From contig JAWBKB010000014.1 in NCBI GenBank assembly GCA_038831915.1, positions 1 to 48,060 of the forward strand: a DNA stretch of 48,060 bases, read 5' to 3'. The first letter of the stretch is position 1; the number at the start of each line of letters is the position of its first letter. The DNA is from Candidatus Caldarchaeum sp. GTDB taxonomy: Archaea > Thermoproteota > Nitrososphaeria_A > Caldarchaeales > Caldarchaeaceae. The notes under the pieces are model-generated. The model saw only the letters and a program-made list of their open reading frames with translations. It ran no database searches and was not told where the DNA came from. A program made the translations under genes and the position numbers. Positions 17,929 through 27,138 of this stretch are shown in pieces.

Positions 17929-19058
17929 ACGAAACTGAGCTGTTCATTTTCAGTTTTCTCGGGTTTTCGGTGCTTGTTCACATCGCTTTCGTCAACATCA
18001 CGATGGGGACGGGATTCATTTCGGCGATGGGGCGTTTTCTCGCATGGCGTCGCAACGACCCCTCTCTTGAAATCATGTCTAGACGGGTCTTCAAAATCCT
18101 CATTGTCCATGAATTGTTCAGCGGTGTTTGGGGAACCATAATAACCGTGGTTTTGGCGGCTTTTCTCCCGACGCTTCTCGCCATCGTGGTCGACGTCATG
18201 TTCTACCCCATCATCATAGCTCTGACAGCCATCATAATACGCATTCCATCCATCGCCCTGTTCTGGTATACATGGGGTAAGATTAAGCCGGTCTACCACG
18301 TGGTCATCGGTTTCGTGATGGCTTTGTCAGGGTTCATGGTTCCGCTCGGCTTCCGATATATTTTCGCGGAAATCACATATCCACACGGGGTTGGCATGGC
18401 GTTGCAGGGGTTGAAGGATTTGGCCCGGCTCGAAGTATTCGCTAACCCGCTTTATCTGCCGCTGATTCTACATACGTGGGCCGGGGCTTTGTCGGTTGGT
18501 GGATTCGTCACGACCTCGTTCTTCGTGATAAGGGGAAATGTTTCGTCGAAGTTTATGTGGATTGGGCTCTGGCACGGTGTTTTGTTCCTCGCGGTCCAGC
18601 CTATTTTTGGGCTATGGTATCTTCTATCGCTTGAAAACTATGCGTCGTTGATGTATCAAAACGTTTTGGGAGCTGTCAACGCGACTCTGAATCTCTTTCC
18701 GATGTTTGTGCTGAAGCTGGCCGCGACAGCTGGCTTGGTTGGGTTGTCGGTGGCTGTGTGGCGTCGGGTTAAGCGTGGCCTGGGAGAGGCTCCACGCTAT
18801 GGCATCGCTCTCGGGCCTTTGGCTATGCTCGTAGTTTTAACCGGTGAGTTCATCAACGACGCAGGCAGATACCCCTACCTTGTTCTCACGGGACAGACCG
18901 GTCTGCCGCCCGGAATATTCTCGAACATCTACATTAACATACCTTTCCCGCTTATCTTCGCCATACTGGGTGTGCTGGTCGTCTTCCTAGGCGGCTTCAT
19001 GGTTACGGTTTACTATGGGTTGAACAAAAGGTTCCTCGTTGACCTACCCGAAGTATGA
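17925..19058 (+). CDS. Cytochrome bd second subunit, CydA-like paralog (CydA')
   Basis: HIAFVNITMG, SGVWG and GEFINDAGRYPY echo CydA motifs; ATGA overlap with cydA. Confidence 0.8.
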   Translation: MNETELFIFSFLGFSVLVHIAFVNITMGTGFISAMGRFLAWRRNDPSLEIMSRRVFKILIVHELFSGVWGTIITVVLAAFLPTLLAIVVDVMFYPIIIALTAIIIRIPSIALFWYTWGKIKPVYHVVIGFVMALSGFMVPLGFRYIFAEITYPHGVGMALQGLKDLARLEVFANPLYLPLILHTWAGALSVGGFVTTSFFVIRGNVSSKFMWIGLWHGVLFLAVQPIFGLWYLLSLENYASLMYQNVLGAVNATLNLFPMFVLKLAATAGLVGLSVAVWRRVKRGLGEAPRYGIALGPLAMLVVLTGEFINDAGRYPYLVLTGQTGLPPGIFSNIYINIPFPLIFAILGVLVVFLGGFMVTVYYGLNKRFLVDLPEV

Positions 19059-19085
19059 AAAAATTTTCCAATTTTTTTTGGGATT

Positions 19086-20534
19086 TTAGTAGAGTGTTGA
19101 AAGCCACGGTATACCTATGACTAGTAGTGCGGCGATGTAGAGCAATCCGAAGACGAGTCCGAGTCGCCAGAATTCGCTGCTTTTGATATATCCGCTTCCG
19201 TAGAAGATGGGCGCCGGGCCTGTTGCGTAGGGTGAGATGACGCCCATGATGCCGTGTGTGTAGGCTAGGAGGTATGCGGCGAAGAGCGGCTGCTGGCCGA
19301 AGAACGTGATTATCGTGGCTATGATGACTGGGAAGACAGCTGTGACGTGGGCGGTGATGCTGGCGAAAGCGTAATGGATGAAGAAGTAGAAGAGCACGAT
19401 GAGGACGAGGACGAGAGTTGCGTCGAATCCGCCGATGACTTTTGTGAATTCATTTGCAGCGTATTTGACGAATCCGACTCTGGCGAGCCCGTCGGCGAGT
19501 GTTACGAGTGTTCCGAACCAGACGAGGACGTTCCACGCCGCGCTGTTGGAGATGATGTCTCGCCAGTCGAATACACGTGCGACAAGCATTATGGCTACGA
19601 CGAGTAGTGCTGTCGCTGTTGCGTCGATGAGGTCTGTTCCTAGCGTCCATAGTATGAGGGCGAGGACTACGCCTGCGAGGAAGACGATTTCTTTCGCGGT
19701 TATTCGGCCGAGTTTGGCGAGTTCTTGGCTGGCCCATTTGGGTACTTCGGGTGATGATTTGATTTCAGGCGGGTAGAGCCGGTATGTGATGAAGGGAATT
19801 GTTGCGACGAGAAGCAGTCCGACGGGTGCGAATCCGATAAACCACGGTAGCCATTCGAGGGTTATTTTCTGCTGTGCCGCGAGGCTGACAACGAGAAGGT
19901 TGGGTGCGAGGGCGGTGATGAACATGCTGCTTGTTACGCAGTTGATTGCGAAAGTGTTCCACATGATGTATGCGCCGATTTTTCTTTCGGTGCCGTCGCC
20001 TGGTCTCGACCCATACATGGGCGGTATGTTGGATATGATGGGGTAGATGGTTCCTCCTCCTCGTGCGGTGTTCGACGGCATGAATGGTGCGAGGGCGATG
20101 TCGCTGAGGCCGATGGCGTAGGCGAGTCCAAGAGTTCTTCCGCCGAGAAATCTGATGAACAGTAATGCGATGCGTTTGCCGAGCCCTGTTTTATTGTAGC
20201 CGTAGGCGAATAGGAACGCTGCGAAGATGAGCCAAACTACTGTGTTGGAGAACCCTGAAAGAGCCCATCGGATTGCGTCGCCGGGTTTGGGAAAGACGAG
20301 GCCCGAAACGGTTGCGGCTACGACGCCGATGACTCCAATGGCCGCGGCGGGTAATGGTTCGAGTATGAGGCCCGTGATGACCGCTGCGAAAAGCGCGAAA
20401 TAAAGCCACGCGTTGAGTTCAAGCCCTTGAGGCGGAGGCACCACAGCAATCGCGGCGCCGACGATTAGCGGAAGAACTGCTTTAAGAACTTTTTTTATGG
20501 ATAAATTTTTACTCACGTGAAATAAGATAAGCAC
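19086..20534 (-). CDS. DASS family di/tricarboxylate transporter (CitT/TtdT-like)
   Basis: KTGLGKRIA, PSNTARGGG, FITALAPN, HYAFASITAH and PYATGPAPIFYGSGY motifs. Confidence 0.92.
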   Translation of the reverse strand: MLILFHVSKNLSIKKVLKAVLPLIVGAAIAVVPPPQGLELNAWLYFALFAAVITGLILEPLPAAAIGVIGVVAATVSGLVFPKPGDAIRWALSGFSNTVVWLIFAAFLFAYGYNKTGLGKRIALLFIRFLGGRTLGLAYAIGLSDIALAPFMPSNTARGGGTIYPIISNIPPMYGSRPGDGTERKIGAYIMWNTFAINCVTSSMFITALAPNLLVVSLAAQQKITLEWLPWFIGFAPVGLLLVATIPFITYRLYPPEIKSSPEVPKWASQELAKLGRITAKEIVFLAGVVLALILWTLGTDLIDATATALLVVAIMLVARVFDWRDIISNSAAWNVLVWFGTLVTLADGLARVGFVKYAANEFTKVIGGFDATLVLVLIVLFYFFIHYAFASITAHVTAVFPVIIATIITFFGQQPLFAAYLLAYTHGIMGVISPYATGPAPIFYGSGYIKSSEFWRLGLVFGLLYIAALLVIGIPWLSTLY

Positions 20535-20833
20535 GTCAAAATAAATACATAAACTCAGGCATACGCATAATTTTGATAAGCGAACAGAATGTAAAAATCA
20601 TAATTACCGCTGACCGTGTCTGAAACATGACAGTTCGACATATCTCCGACTGATGTTTGCTGATTCTATCGGTTGTTGTGGTGTTGAATCGAAGAGGTTT
20701 TCGCGTGTTGAGAAATTTTTGGAAACTAGTCGGTGCTGAGGGCGATGTAACTCAACGAACAAATTTTTGGTTTTCCATCTGCTGGACCATTGAATGTCGA
20801 GCCGCCTGCCCACTGATTTTGACGTGCTCCATT

Positions 20834-22004
20834 CTTTCAATTCCCTCTTGCGGGATCACTTGTTTCTTTAAGGTCTGCTCATGAGCAGTCTAACGTGGAG
20901 AGTCTTTCAATTCCCTCTTGCGGGATCACCAACACTTCTACGGAATACGTGGATGCGCTTGTCGAAATTCCTTTCAATTCCCTCTTGCGGGATCACTGAA
21001 GGGAAGACAGTAGTTGCTTATGAATTTCGATATCACGACTTTCAATTCCCTCTTGCGGGATCACATTTCAACCACACGTTTACATAAGTCATGCCATTCT
21101 CTGCTTTCAATTCCCTCTTGCGGGATCACTGGAATGTTCTTCACAAGCGACGGTATGTCAAAACTGTCCTTTCAATTCCCTCTTGCGGGATCACTCGACA
21201 ATTGAATCAGTTATCGCTTTACCCCCTACTCGAACCCTTTCAATTCCCTCTTGCGGGATCACCAGCCCAACTTACGGCAATCTTGATTGTTTGTCCGCTA
21301 AGACTTTCAATTCCCTCTTGCGGGATCACATGATAGCGTATAGGTGTTTGGAGTGTGACGCTGTGGTTAGTCTTTCAATTCCCTCTTGCGGGATCACTTT
21401 GAACTTGGATTTGTTCATTCATTTTTTCCCTTTCACCTCCTTTCAATTCCCTCTTGCGGGATCACGGAATGCAGAAGGTTCACATAATAGTTTTAGGTGA
21501 TTGAAAATGGCTTTCAATTCCCTCTTGCGGGATCACGTGTGGCTGAAGGGTCTTGGCGTTTTGAGCGTGGTGAGTATCTTTCAATTCCCTCTTGCGGGAT
21601 CACTGGTTCTACGTCTTCTGGCTGGGTCATATGCTATGAGTTGACTTTCAATTCCCTCTTGCGGGATCACTTTTCAACCACTCAGCATCCTCGCGCATTA
21701 TCTTCGCCGCCTTTCAATTCCCTCTTGCGGGATCACAATTCACGTTAAACGACCTATGAGCCGGCGACCCATAGTACTTTCAATTCCCTCTTGCGGGATC
21801 ACTTGTGGATGGAAAGGTTTGGGCATATGCTGGCGAGGATGAAAGCTTTCAATTCCCTCTTGCGGGATCACTGAGGGTTCACGTCTTCCCTGAGATTGTT
21901 GAGGGCAGACCTTTCAATTCCCTCTTGCGGGATCACGCAGAGTCATCAACGTATGCATTCGCCCAAGTTTCCACCGAACTTTCAATTCCCTCTTGCGGGA
22001 TCAC
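20834..22004 (-). CRISPR. CRISPR array: 18 identical 26-bp repeats, 17 spacers of 39-45 nt
   Basis: Repeat CTTTCAATTCCCTCTTGCGGGATCAC; its reverse complement ends ATTGAAAG, the typical crRNA 5' handle, implying minus-strand transcription. Confidence 0.98.
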
Positions 22005-22130
22005 TGTGTGTTTTTCTTGGGTTTTTTGGGGTTTTATGCCGTTTTGGAGTTACTTGTTTTCAGGCGTAAAATGTTTTACGGTTCTATTTAAGGATATGCC
22101 ACCACCTTTCGAAAAAGATTTATACGACGA
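22005..22130 (-). promoter_or_regulatory. Putative CRISPR leader
   Basis: A-rich homopolymer runs on the minus strand next to the first repeat; TATA-like TATAAAT (~22119-22125) and CTTAAATA (~22086-22093). Confidence 0.55.
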
Positions 22131-22712
22131 AACCAAACCGCCCCAACAAACCCTACTATACCAGCACACTACACATTTATCGAGGCTCCTTCTTCTCGGA
22201 ACCTTTTCCGAAACAACCATGTCCTTCATCGCCGCGACAGCATGATGCACAAGCCTACGCAGCGAATCATCGATGTAAACAACGTGCTTACCACCGTCTT
22301 CGCTGTAGAACAAAACACCTCTCTTCACCGGACGACGATACACGTCCTCGACGAGCATCGCGTATGCAGCCAGCTGAACCACATCTTTCAACGGCGGCCT
22401 ATTCCTTCCCAAACCTGAATGCTTAAACTCACATGGCACAAGCTCGTCATGAACAGCGTGAACGAGGGCATCCAAAACACCAGATAACCCAATCCTTAAG
22501 CTTACAAGCCTCACGTCGGTTTCGACCCTGACAACACGAATTTCACGCGGCAAATACTGAGCATGAAAACGAAGATGACGTTCCCGGCCGAGAACCATGC
22601 TATCGGTCTCCGGCTCAAAAACACGCAAAACCAAATTAATGTAAGGAATCTGCTCACAAAAATAGAAGTTCTTGACGTATCCAACAGGGAAAACCTCATC
22701 TTCCTCAGTCAA
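22050..22712 (-). CDS. cas4: CRISPR-associated exonuclease Cas4
   Basis: FYFCE, LSGVLD, EFK, QLAAY and CVVCWYSRVC motifs. Confidence 0.93.
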   Translation of the reverse strand: MTEEDEVFPVGYVKNFYFCEQIPYINLVLRVFEPETDSMVLGRERHLRFHAQYLPREIRVVRVETDVRLVSLRIGLSGVLDALVHAVHDELVPCEFKHSGLGRNRPPLKDVVQLAAYAMLVEDVYRRPVKRGVLFYSEDGGKHVVYIDDSLRRLVHHAVAAMKDMVVSEKVPRRRSLDKCVVCWYSRVCWGGLVSSYKSFSKGGGISLNRTVKHFTPENK

Positions 22713-23008
22713 ACTATGAAACCACCCGACAACTCATCTTCGGGCCCAAACTCTTTACCGATAACCACCCGCATCCTGTAGGAAGCCGGCGTCAACGGAT
22801 AAATCTGCACATTATCAGTCGAAAAATCAATAATTCTCCGGCAAACATTTTTCACGTCACTCACCAGAGCAGAATTCGAAGGTCCGATAAACGCACTCCG
22901 CTGAACACGAGTCAACCCAAGCCTCTTCAAAGCAGACGCCAACTCATTCCGCCGCCAATCATCCGAAACATCATAGATAACCAAAATAAAAGTCGGCTGA
23001 GTCGACAA
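22709..23008 (-). CDS. cas2: Cas2
   Basis: LVIYDVSDD and RVQRSAF motifs; GGTGA SD before a TTG start. Confidence 0.95.
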   Translation of the reverse strand: MSTQPTFILVIYDVSDDWRRNELASALKRLGLTRVQRSAFIGPSNSALVSDVKNVCRRIIDFSTDNVQIYPLTPASYRMRVVIGKEFGPEDELSGGFIV

Positions 23009-23011
23009 AAT

Positions 23012-23983
23012 TCACCACTTCATCCGAAAACCAATATATTTCTCAACTTCACCGCGTAGAAAAGAAGCAAGACGACGCGCCTGCTCCACGACAGCTCTTT
23101 CAAAAAATCCATCGTTACGCTGGAAAACCTTAACCACAGACGACACGACATTCCTCTCCAACATTTTCTCATCGAGCAAAGCCTGAACATTTTCAAGCGC
23201 CAGCGAAATCAAAGGCCTATCAACCACACCCGGACGAAACTCCTCCATCAAATCACTCACCAAACACATGTGCCTCCCACGCGGCTGATGCAGAAACCCG
23301 ATGAAAGGGTCGAGGTTAGCCGACAAAACAGCCGACCAAACCCGCGCCCTCAAAACACCGTACCCGACGTTCAAAGCCTTGTTGAAAGCGTCCGACGGGC
23401 TCCAAGCGGTTCTACCGCTGAACTGTAGTTCATCAGGCAACAATAACCCAACAGCTTTCCAATAATGGACAGCGCCCTGAGCTTCATACGCTCGAACACT
23501 ATCCAACGAAGAAGCATCCGCCACCGATTTTATACAACCATCTATCTTCCCCGAAAGCTCTTCCAGCTCTCGGCCCAACTCCTTCCGCTTCAACAAAAAC
23601 TCTCGAGCACGCTGATTGATCACGAGACGCTGGTTGTGAAGCTTCGAAGAAACAATTTCCTTCGCCACCGCGATTCCCCTACCGTCTCTCACCGCTTCAA
23701 GCTGAGCCAGCTTAGTCACCACGCCGCCACCCTTCAAGGCCTGAACAACTTTAGCCAAAGGCTTACCACGGTGATAAACAGTGACCTCAATACCGAATCG
23801 CGACGCCAGCCTGAGAGCATCCGCTGAAACACCAACACCGCGACACCTAATCGAAATATGCGACAAGTTAACAGGCGGTGTCTCAAACTTTGACCCATCA
23901 CGCGACCTGACATAAAACAATCCTTTACGAACACCGAGATACGTGCCCGGCTTGTCTATGACCAGTTCAGCCAAACCTTTCAC
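23012..23983 (-). CDS. cas1: Cas1
   Basis: EAQGA..YW, NKALNVGY, GFLH and LVSDLMEEFRP motifs. Confidence 0.96.
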   Translation of the reverse strand: MKGLAELVIDKPGTYLGVRKGLFYVRSRDGSKFETPPVNLSHISIRCRGVGVSADALRLASRFGIEVTVYHRGKPLAKVVQALKGGGVVTKLAQLEAVRDGRGIAVAKEIVSSKLHNQRLVINQRAREFLLKRKELGRELEELSGKIDGCIKSVADASSLDSVRAYEAQGAVHYWKAVGLLLPDELQFSGRTAWSPSDAFNKALNVGYGVLRARVWSAVLSANLDPFIGFLHQPRGRHMCLVSDLMEEFRPGVVDRPLISLALENVQALLDEKMLERNVVSSVVKVFQRNDGFFERAVVEQARRLASFLRGEVEKYIGFRMKW

Positions 23984-24870
23984 CCGGTAGACGAAAAACG
24001 ATAGGAAACGACTCCAAACCCCGCTGTCCTGTTTCCGCCGACGTTGCTGAAACGAGCAAAATTCAACAACTCAAAACATATCTTCGCCATCCTCTCGTCA
24101 TACAGCTCATGCGGAATGTCGAAAACAGCGCGGCCAACAAACCCCCGAGACCAGCGCCCCCGGTCGTCATAAACCTTGTACGCACGCAAACGGCTGAAAG
24201 TCTCTAACGCAACCCCGCCCTCCAGAAGCCATTCCGAGAACGATTTGTAACGGAAATTCCCGTGGCCGAACCGTCGATACAGACGGGCGAGGTTGCGGAA
24301 AAACAGATACGGGTCGGGAACAATCACATACCGGTACATAGGCCTTCTCTTTTTCCGAAGCCTACGTGGCAGAAGCGATTCAAGCAACCCATTACCTTTC
24401 TGCGTGTTTCGGAAATACGTCGGCGAACGGAAATCAACGACAAACCGCTTGAACTCTCCGGGGAAAGCAGGTTTACCGGGAGACCATGTCTCCACAGCAA
24501 CCTCCTGCAGCGACACGCTTACACCGTTGAGCTTTATCTCGGGAACTTCGCCGGCGAAGAGAAACTTGCCAAATACATCGCCGACATGTTCGTCAAGCGC
24601 GGTGACCCTGAAATAGAAACTAGTACCGGGATAAATGGTTCCCCGGAAAATTCCGACGCCGCGTTCATTCAAAATAGGTGAAACACTGTAAGGACTTAAT
24701 GTCCTCTGTTCATGAACATGTGTTGCGGTTTTTTCGTCGACCAGCCGGAGGCCGTGGAAAAAAACGCCGCGAACCAAAAACCCTGAAAAGACATGCAGCG
24801 TGATTGGCTGGCCGCTGAAAAACCGCATTGTAAAGCTAATCACCATCCCAAAAACCCCTAACCTTAACAC
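23980..24870 (-). CDS. cas6: Cas6
   Basis: PYSVS, FRSPTYF and C-terminal G-loop NVGGNRTAGFG. Confidence 0.92.
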   Translation of the reverse strand: MLRLGVFGMVISFTMRFFSGQPITLHVFSGFLVRGVFFHGLRLVDEKTATHVHEQRTLSPYSVSPILNERGVGIFRGTIYPGTSFYFRVTALDEHVGDVFGKFLFAGEVPEIKLNGVSVSLQEVAVETWSPGKPAFPGEFKRFVVDFRSPTYFRNTQKGNGLLESLLPRRLRKKRRPMYRYVIVPDPYLFFRNLARLYRRFGHGNFRYKSFSEWLLEGGVALETFSRLRAYKVYDDRGRWSRGFVGRAVFDIPHELYDERMAKICFELLNFARFSNVGGNRTAGFGVVSYRFSSTG

Positions 24871-24933
24871 AGATAAAACTTTACAGCAGAAATAACCGAA
24901 ATCCCGGAAAACATGACGCCCTGTTTCCGATAT

Positions 24934-25587
24934 TTAGGAAACATGGCTGTCGGAAATGATTCGTCCCAAAGGAGTCAAAACCACTTTTCTCATCCGGTCT
25001 TTTTTAACAGTCCGCACCAACCCGTTCTTCTCCATCGCCACCACGCGGCGATAAACAGTGGAAACAGGTTTCCTGACTGCTTTAGCTATGGCGATGATGT
25101 TCTGCTCATTTGAGGCCAACGACAAAATCTGAAAATCAAGTCGGTCAAGATAAGAAAACAGGTTTAAGCTCCAAAGAGAAGGAAACACAACTTCGCTTTT
25201 GTCCTCGGTGACCAGTTCCGCAACCAAATCCGTCACACCCGACAGAATTAACGCTGTGAAAACCTCGAGTATGAGAACCCGCATCCCTCCGCTCAAATTG
25301 ACGTACAAATTTCTTCCTTCTTCCTTCTCTTTGCGAATGAATTTCATCAGCTGGCTCACTGCTTTGTCGAAGTCGTGCACGTTCACTGAGAAAATCTCGA
25401 GTTCAACGTCTGTCGCGAATTTAGATAGGAAGTTTTTGATTTCATTTATAGCGGACTGAGACCTCGCATCCGTTTTCGACGGGACTACTGCGGTGATTTT
25501 GTCTCCTTTCTCCAGCCCGTGTTTGAGAAGCGATGAGACAACTGGCCATTCAGAATAGCCAAGGGTTACTACGATGGTTTTTTTCAT
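24934..25587 (-). CDS. csa3: Csa3 CARF-wHTH transcriptional regulator
   Basis: VTLGY and NLSGGMR (CARF) plus a C-terminal wHTH (STVYRRV...LTPLG). Confidence 0.92.
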   Translation of the reverse strand: MKKTIVVTLGYSEWPVVSSLLKHGLEKGDKITAVVPSKTDARSQSAINEIKNFLSKFATDVELEIFSVNVHDFDKAVSQLMKFIRKEKEEGRNLYVNLSGGMRVLILEVFTALILSGVTDLVAELVTEDKSEVVFPSLWSLNLFSYLDRLDFQILSLASNEQNIIAIAKAVRKPVSTVYRRVVAMEKNGLVRTVKKDRMRKVVLTPLGRIISDSHVS

Positions 25588-25688
25588 ATCAGTCTTAATG
25601 TTTGCAGAAAGTTTTAAAAGTTTGCTTTCTCGTGAAAAGTTTTCTTTTTGACGAAAAGCTTATTTACATCAAAAGCTGGGTGAAAGCC

Positions 25689-26027
25689 ATGACTGCGGAA
25701 ACCATTCGAAAAGGTTCGCAGTTTGAGGAAGGAGAATGGAACGCGTTGATGGATGTGGCGCGAACTCTTCGGTTCTTTGTGATAGAAAGCAGATACGGCC
25801 ACGTCGACCGGTTGGCGAATGCTTTCAACAAGTTCATCGCACAAACGGCTTTGCAGGAAGCATTACGTGAAGCCCGAAGCGCTGCTGACGCAGGGGAAAA
25901 AGTTCACATCCCATCGGAAGATGTCGTGAAGAAAGTTGTCGACCTTTTCTACAGGGATTTGAGTTCGGCGAGGATATTGGCGGCTCTTGCTCTTGCCTAC
26001 CCCGAAAAAGTAGGAGGGGAGAAATAG
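25689..26027 (+). CDS. csa5: Type I-A small subunit Csa5 (Cas11)
   Basis: YGHVDRLANA and LAALALA motifs; GGGTGA SD before ATG 25689; directly precedes cas7. Confidence 0.8.
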   Translation: MTAETIRKGSQFEEGEWNALMDVARTLRFFVIESRYGHVDRLANAFNKFIAQTALQEALREARSAADAGEKVHIPSEDVVKKVVDLFYRDLSSARILAALALAYPEKVGGEK

Positions 26028-26028
26028 G

Positions 26029-27138
26029 ATGTTCGTGTCTTTGGGTCTGCGTTTTCTCTGCAACGTCGAAGCGCTCAACATGGTGGAAAGCATCGGCAAC
26101 GTATCGAAACACCGCAAAGCACCAATCGTCGTTCCAACAGATTCAGGTTTCAGGCTGCTGTACGTACCGAGCATCAGCGGCGAAACCATCGGACATGGAT
26201 ATCAGCAAGCAATAGTCGATGAAGCTTTGACCTTATACGGCGCAGCTGCACCGGTCGATGATTGGTCACGACGCGGTGAATTCATCAAATTCGCAGACAT
26301 GAAACACATGCCTGACAACATTAAACAACTAATAGAAGACGCTAAAGCTTCAAAAAAAGAAGAGAAACTGCCTGACAAAAAGCATGAAATAGAAACTGCA
26401 GTGATACGTAGTAGCATCATAGCCGACATCGGCGGATTCCTCATCGCCGAAGGCGTGCCTGTGAAACGAACTTCTTGTTTTCAGGTGGGATACGCTGTTC
26501 CGGTGTTTGATGCTCTCGAAGCCACGGCGATAGAAAGTCAGTTCCATGTCAGGCATGTGCCCAGCGAATCGAAAGGGGAAGAGAAAGAGAAGAAACAGAC
26601 CGAAACAACTGCTTCTCAGGATCAGAATCAAGAGAAAAAATCAACGCAGAAGGAGGAGCGAGCTGGCCAGATGATTTACTACGTCGAGCTGGCTTCAGCG
26701 GTTTACGGGGTGACTTTCAACCTCAACGTCGATGGGATAGGCAGGACAAGCATGATAAAGGTTGAAGAAGTCACACAGGATAGAATGCAGCGGGTAAAAG
26801 TGGCTTTAGCGGCGTTGTCGAGAGTTTTCACGGGCGGAAGCTTCGGAGCTAAAAGAAGCCGTTATCTCCCCGTCGAAGACGTTTTGACAGCGGTTGTATC
26901 AGTTTCCAAAGTGAGACCTTTCACGGTGAGTCCACCGCATTATGCATCGTTCGCGGAGGACACGTTGCGGAGAAGAGACGCGATGCTGAAAATGCTGCAG
27001 AAATTCAACGTGTCAGACGAAATCGTCATCTACGGATACAGCAAGGAGAGGGCTTTGCCAGACGGCATTGAGAAGGCAAATTCGTTTGAAGAAGTGCTGA
27101 GCAAAGTAGCGGACAAGGTGTTGTCGGCGAAGCCATGA
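26029..27138 (+). CDS. cas7: Type I-A Cas7 (Csa2)
   Basis: EALNMVESIGN..KHR, ISGE, DIGGFL, VKRTS, ESQFHVR and FGAKRSR motifs. Confidence 0.95.
   Translation: MFVSLGLRFLCNVEALNMVESIGNVSKHRKAPIVVPTDSGFRLLYVPSISGETIGHGYQQAIVDEALTLYGAAAPVDDWSRRGEFIKFADMKHMPDNIKQLIEDAKASKKEEKLPDKKHEIETAVIRSSIIADIGGFLIAEGVPVKRTSCFQVGYAVPVFDALEATAIESQFHVRHVPSESKGEEKEKKQTETTASQDQNQEKKSTQKEERAGQMIYYVELASAVYGVTFNLNVDGIGRTSMIKVEEVTQDRMQRVKVALAALSRVFTGGSFGAKRSRYLPVEDVLTAVVSVSKVRPFTVSPPHYASFAEDTLRRRDAMLKMLQKFNVSDEIVIYGYSKERALPDGIEKANSFEEVLSKVADKVLSAKP

Noticed and set aside
20770-20833. Possible eroded trailer repeat left of the main array
   Set aside because: Only TTTCCAT resembles the repeat start; the rest does not align.
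20604-22245. Several short ORFs across the array
   Set aside because: They are translations of repeats (FQFPLAGS, LSIPSCGIT, FNSLLRDH).
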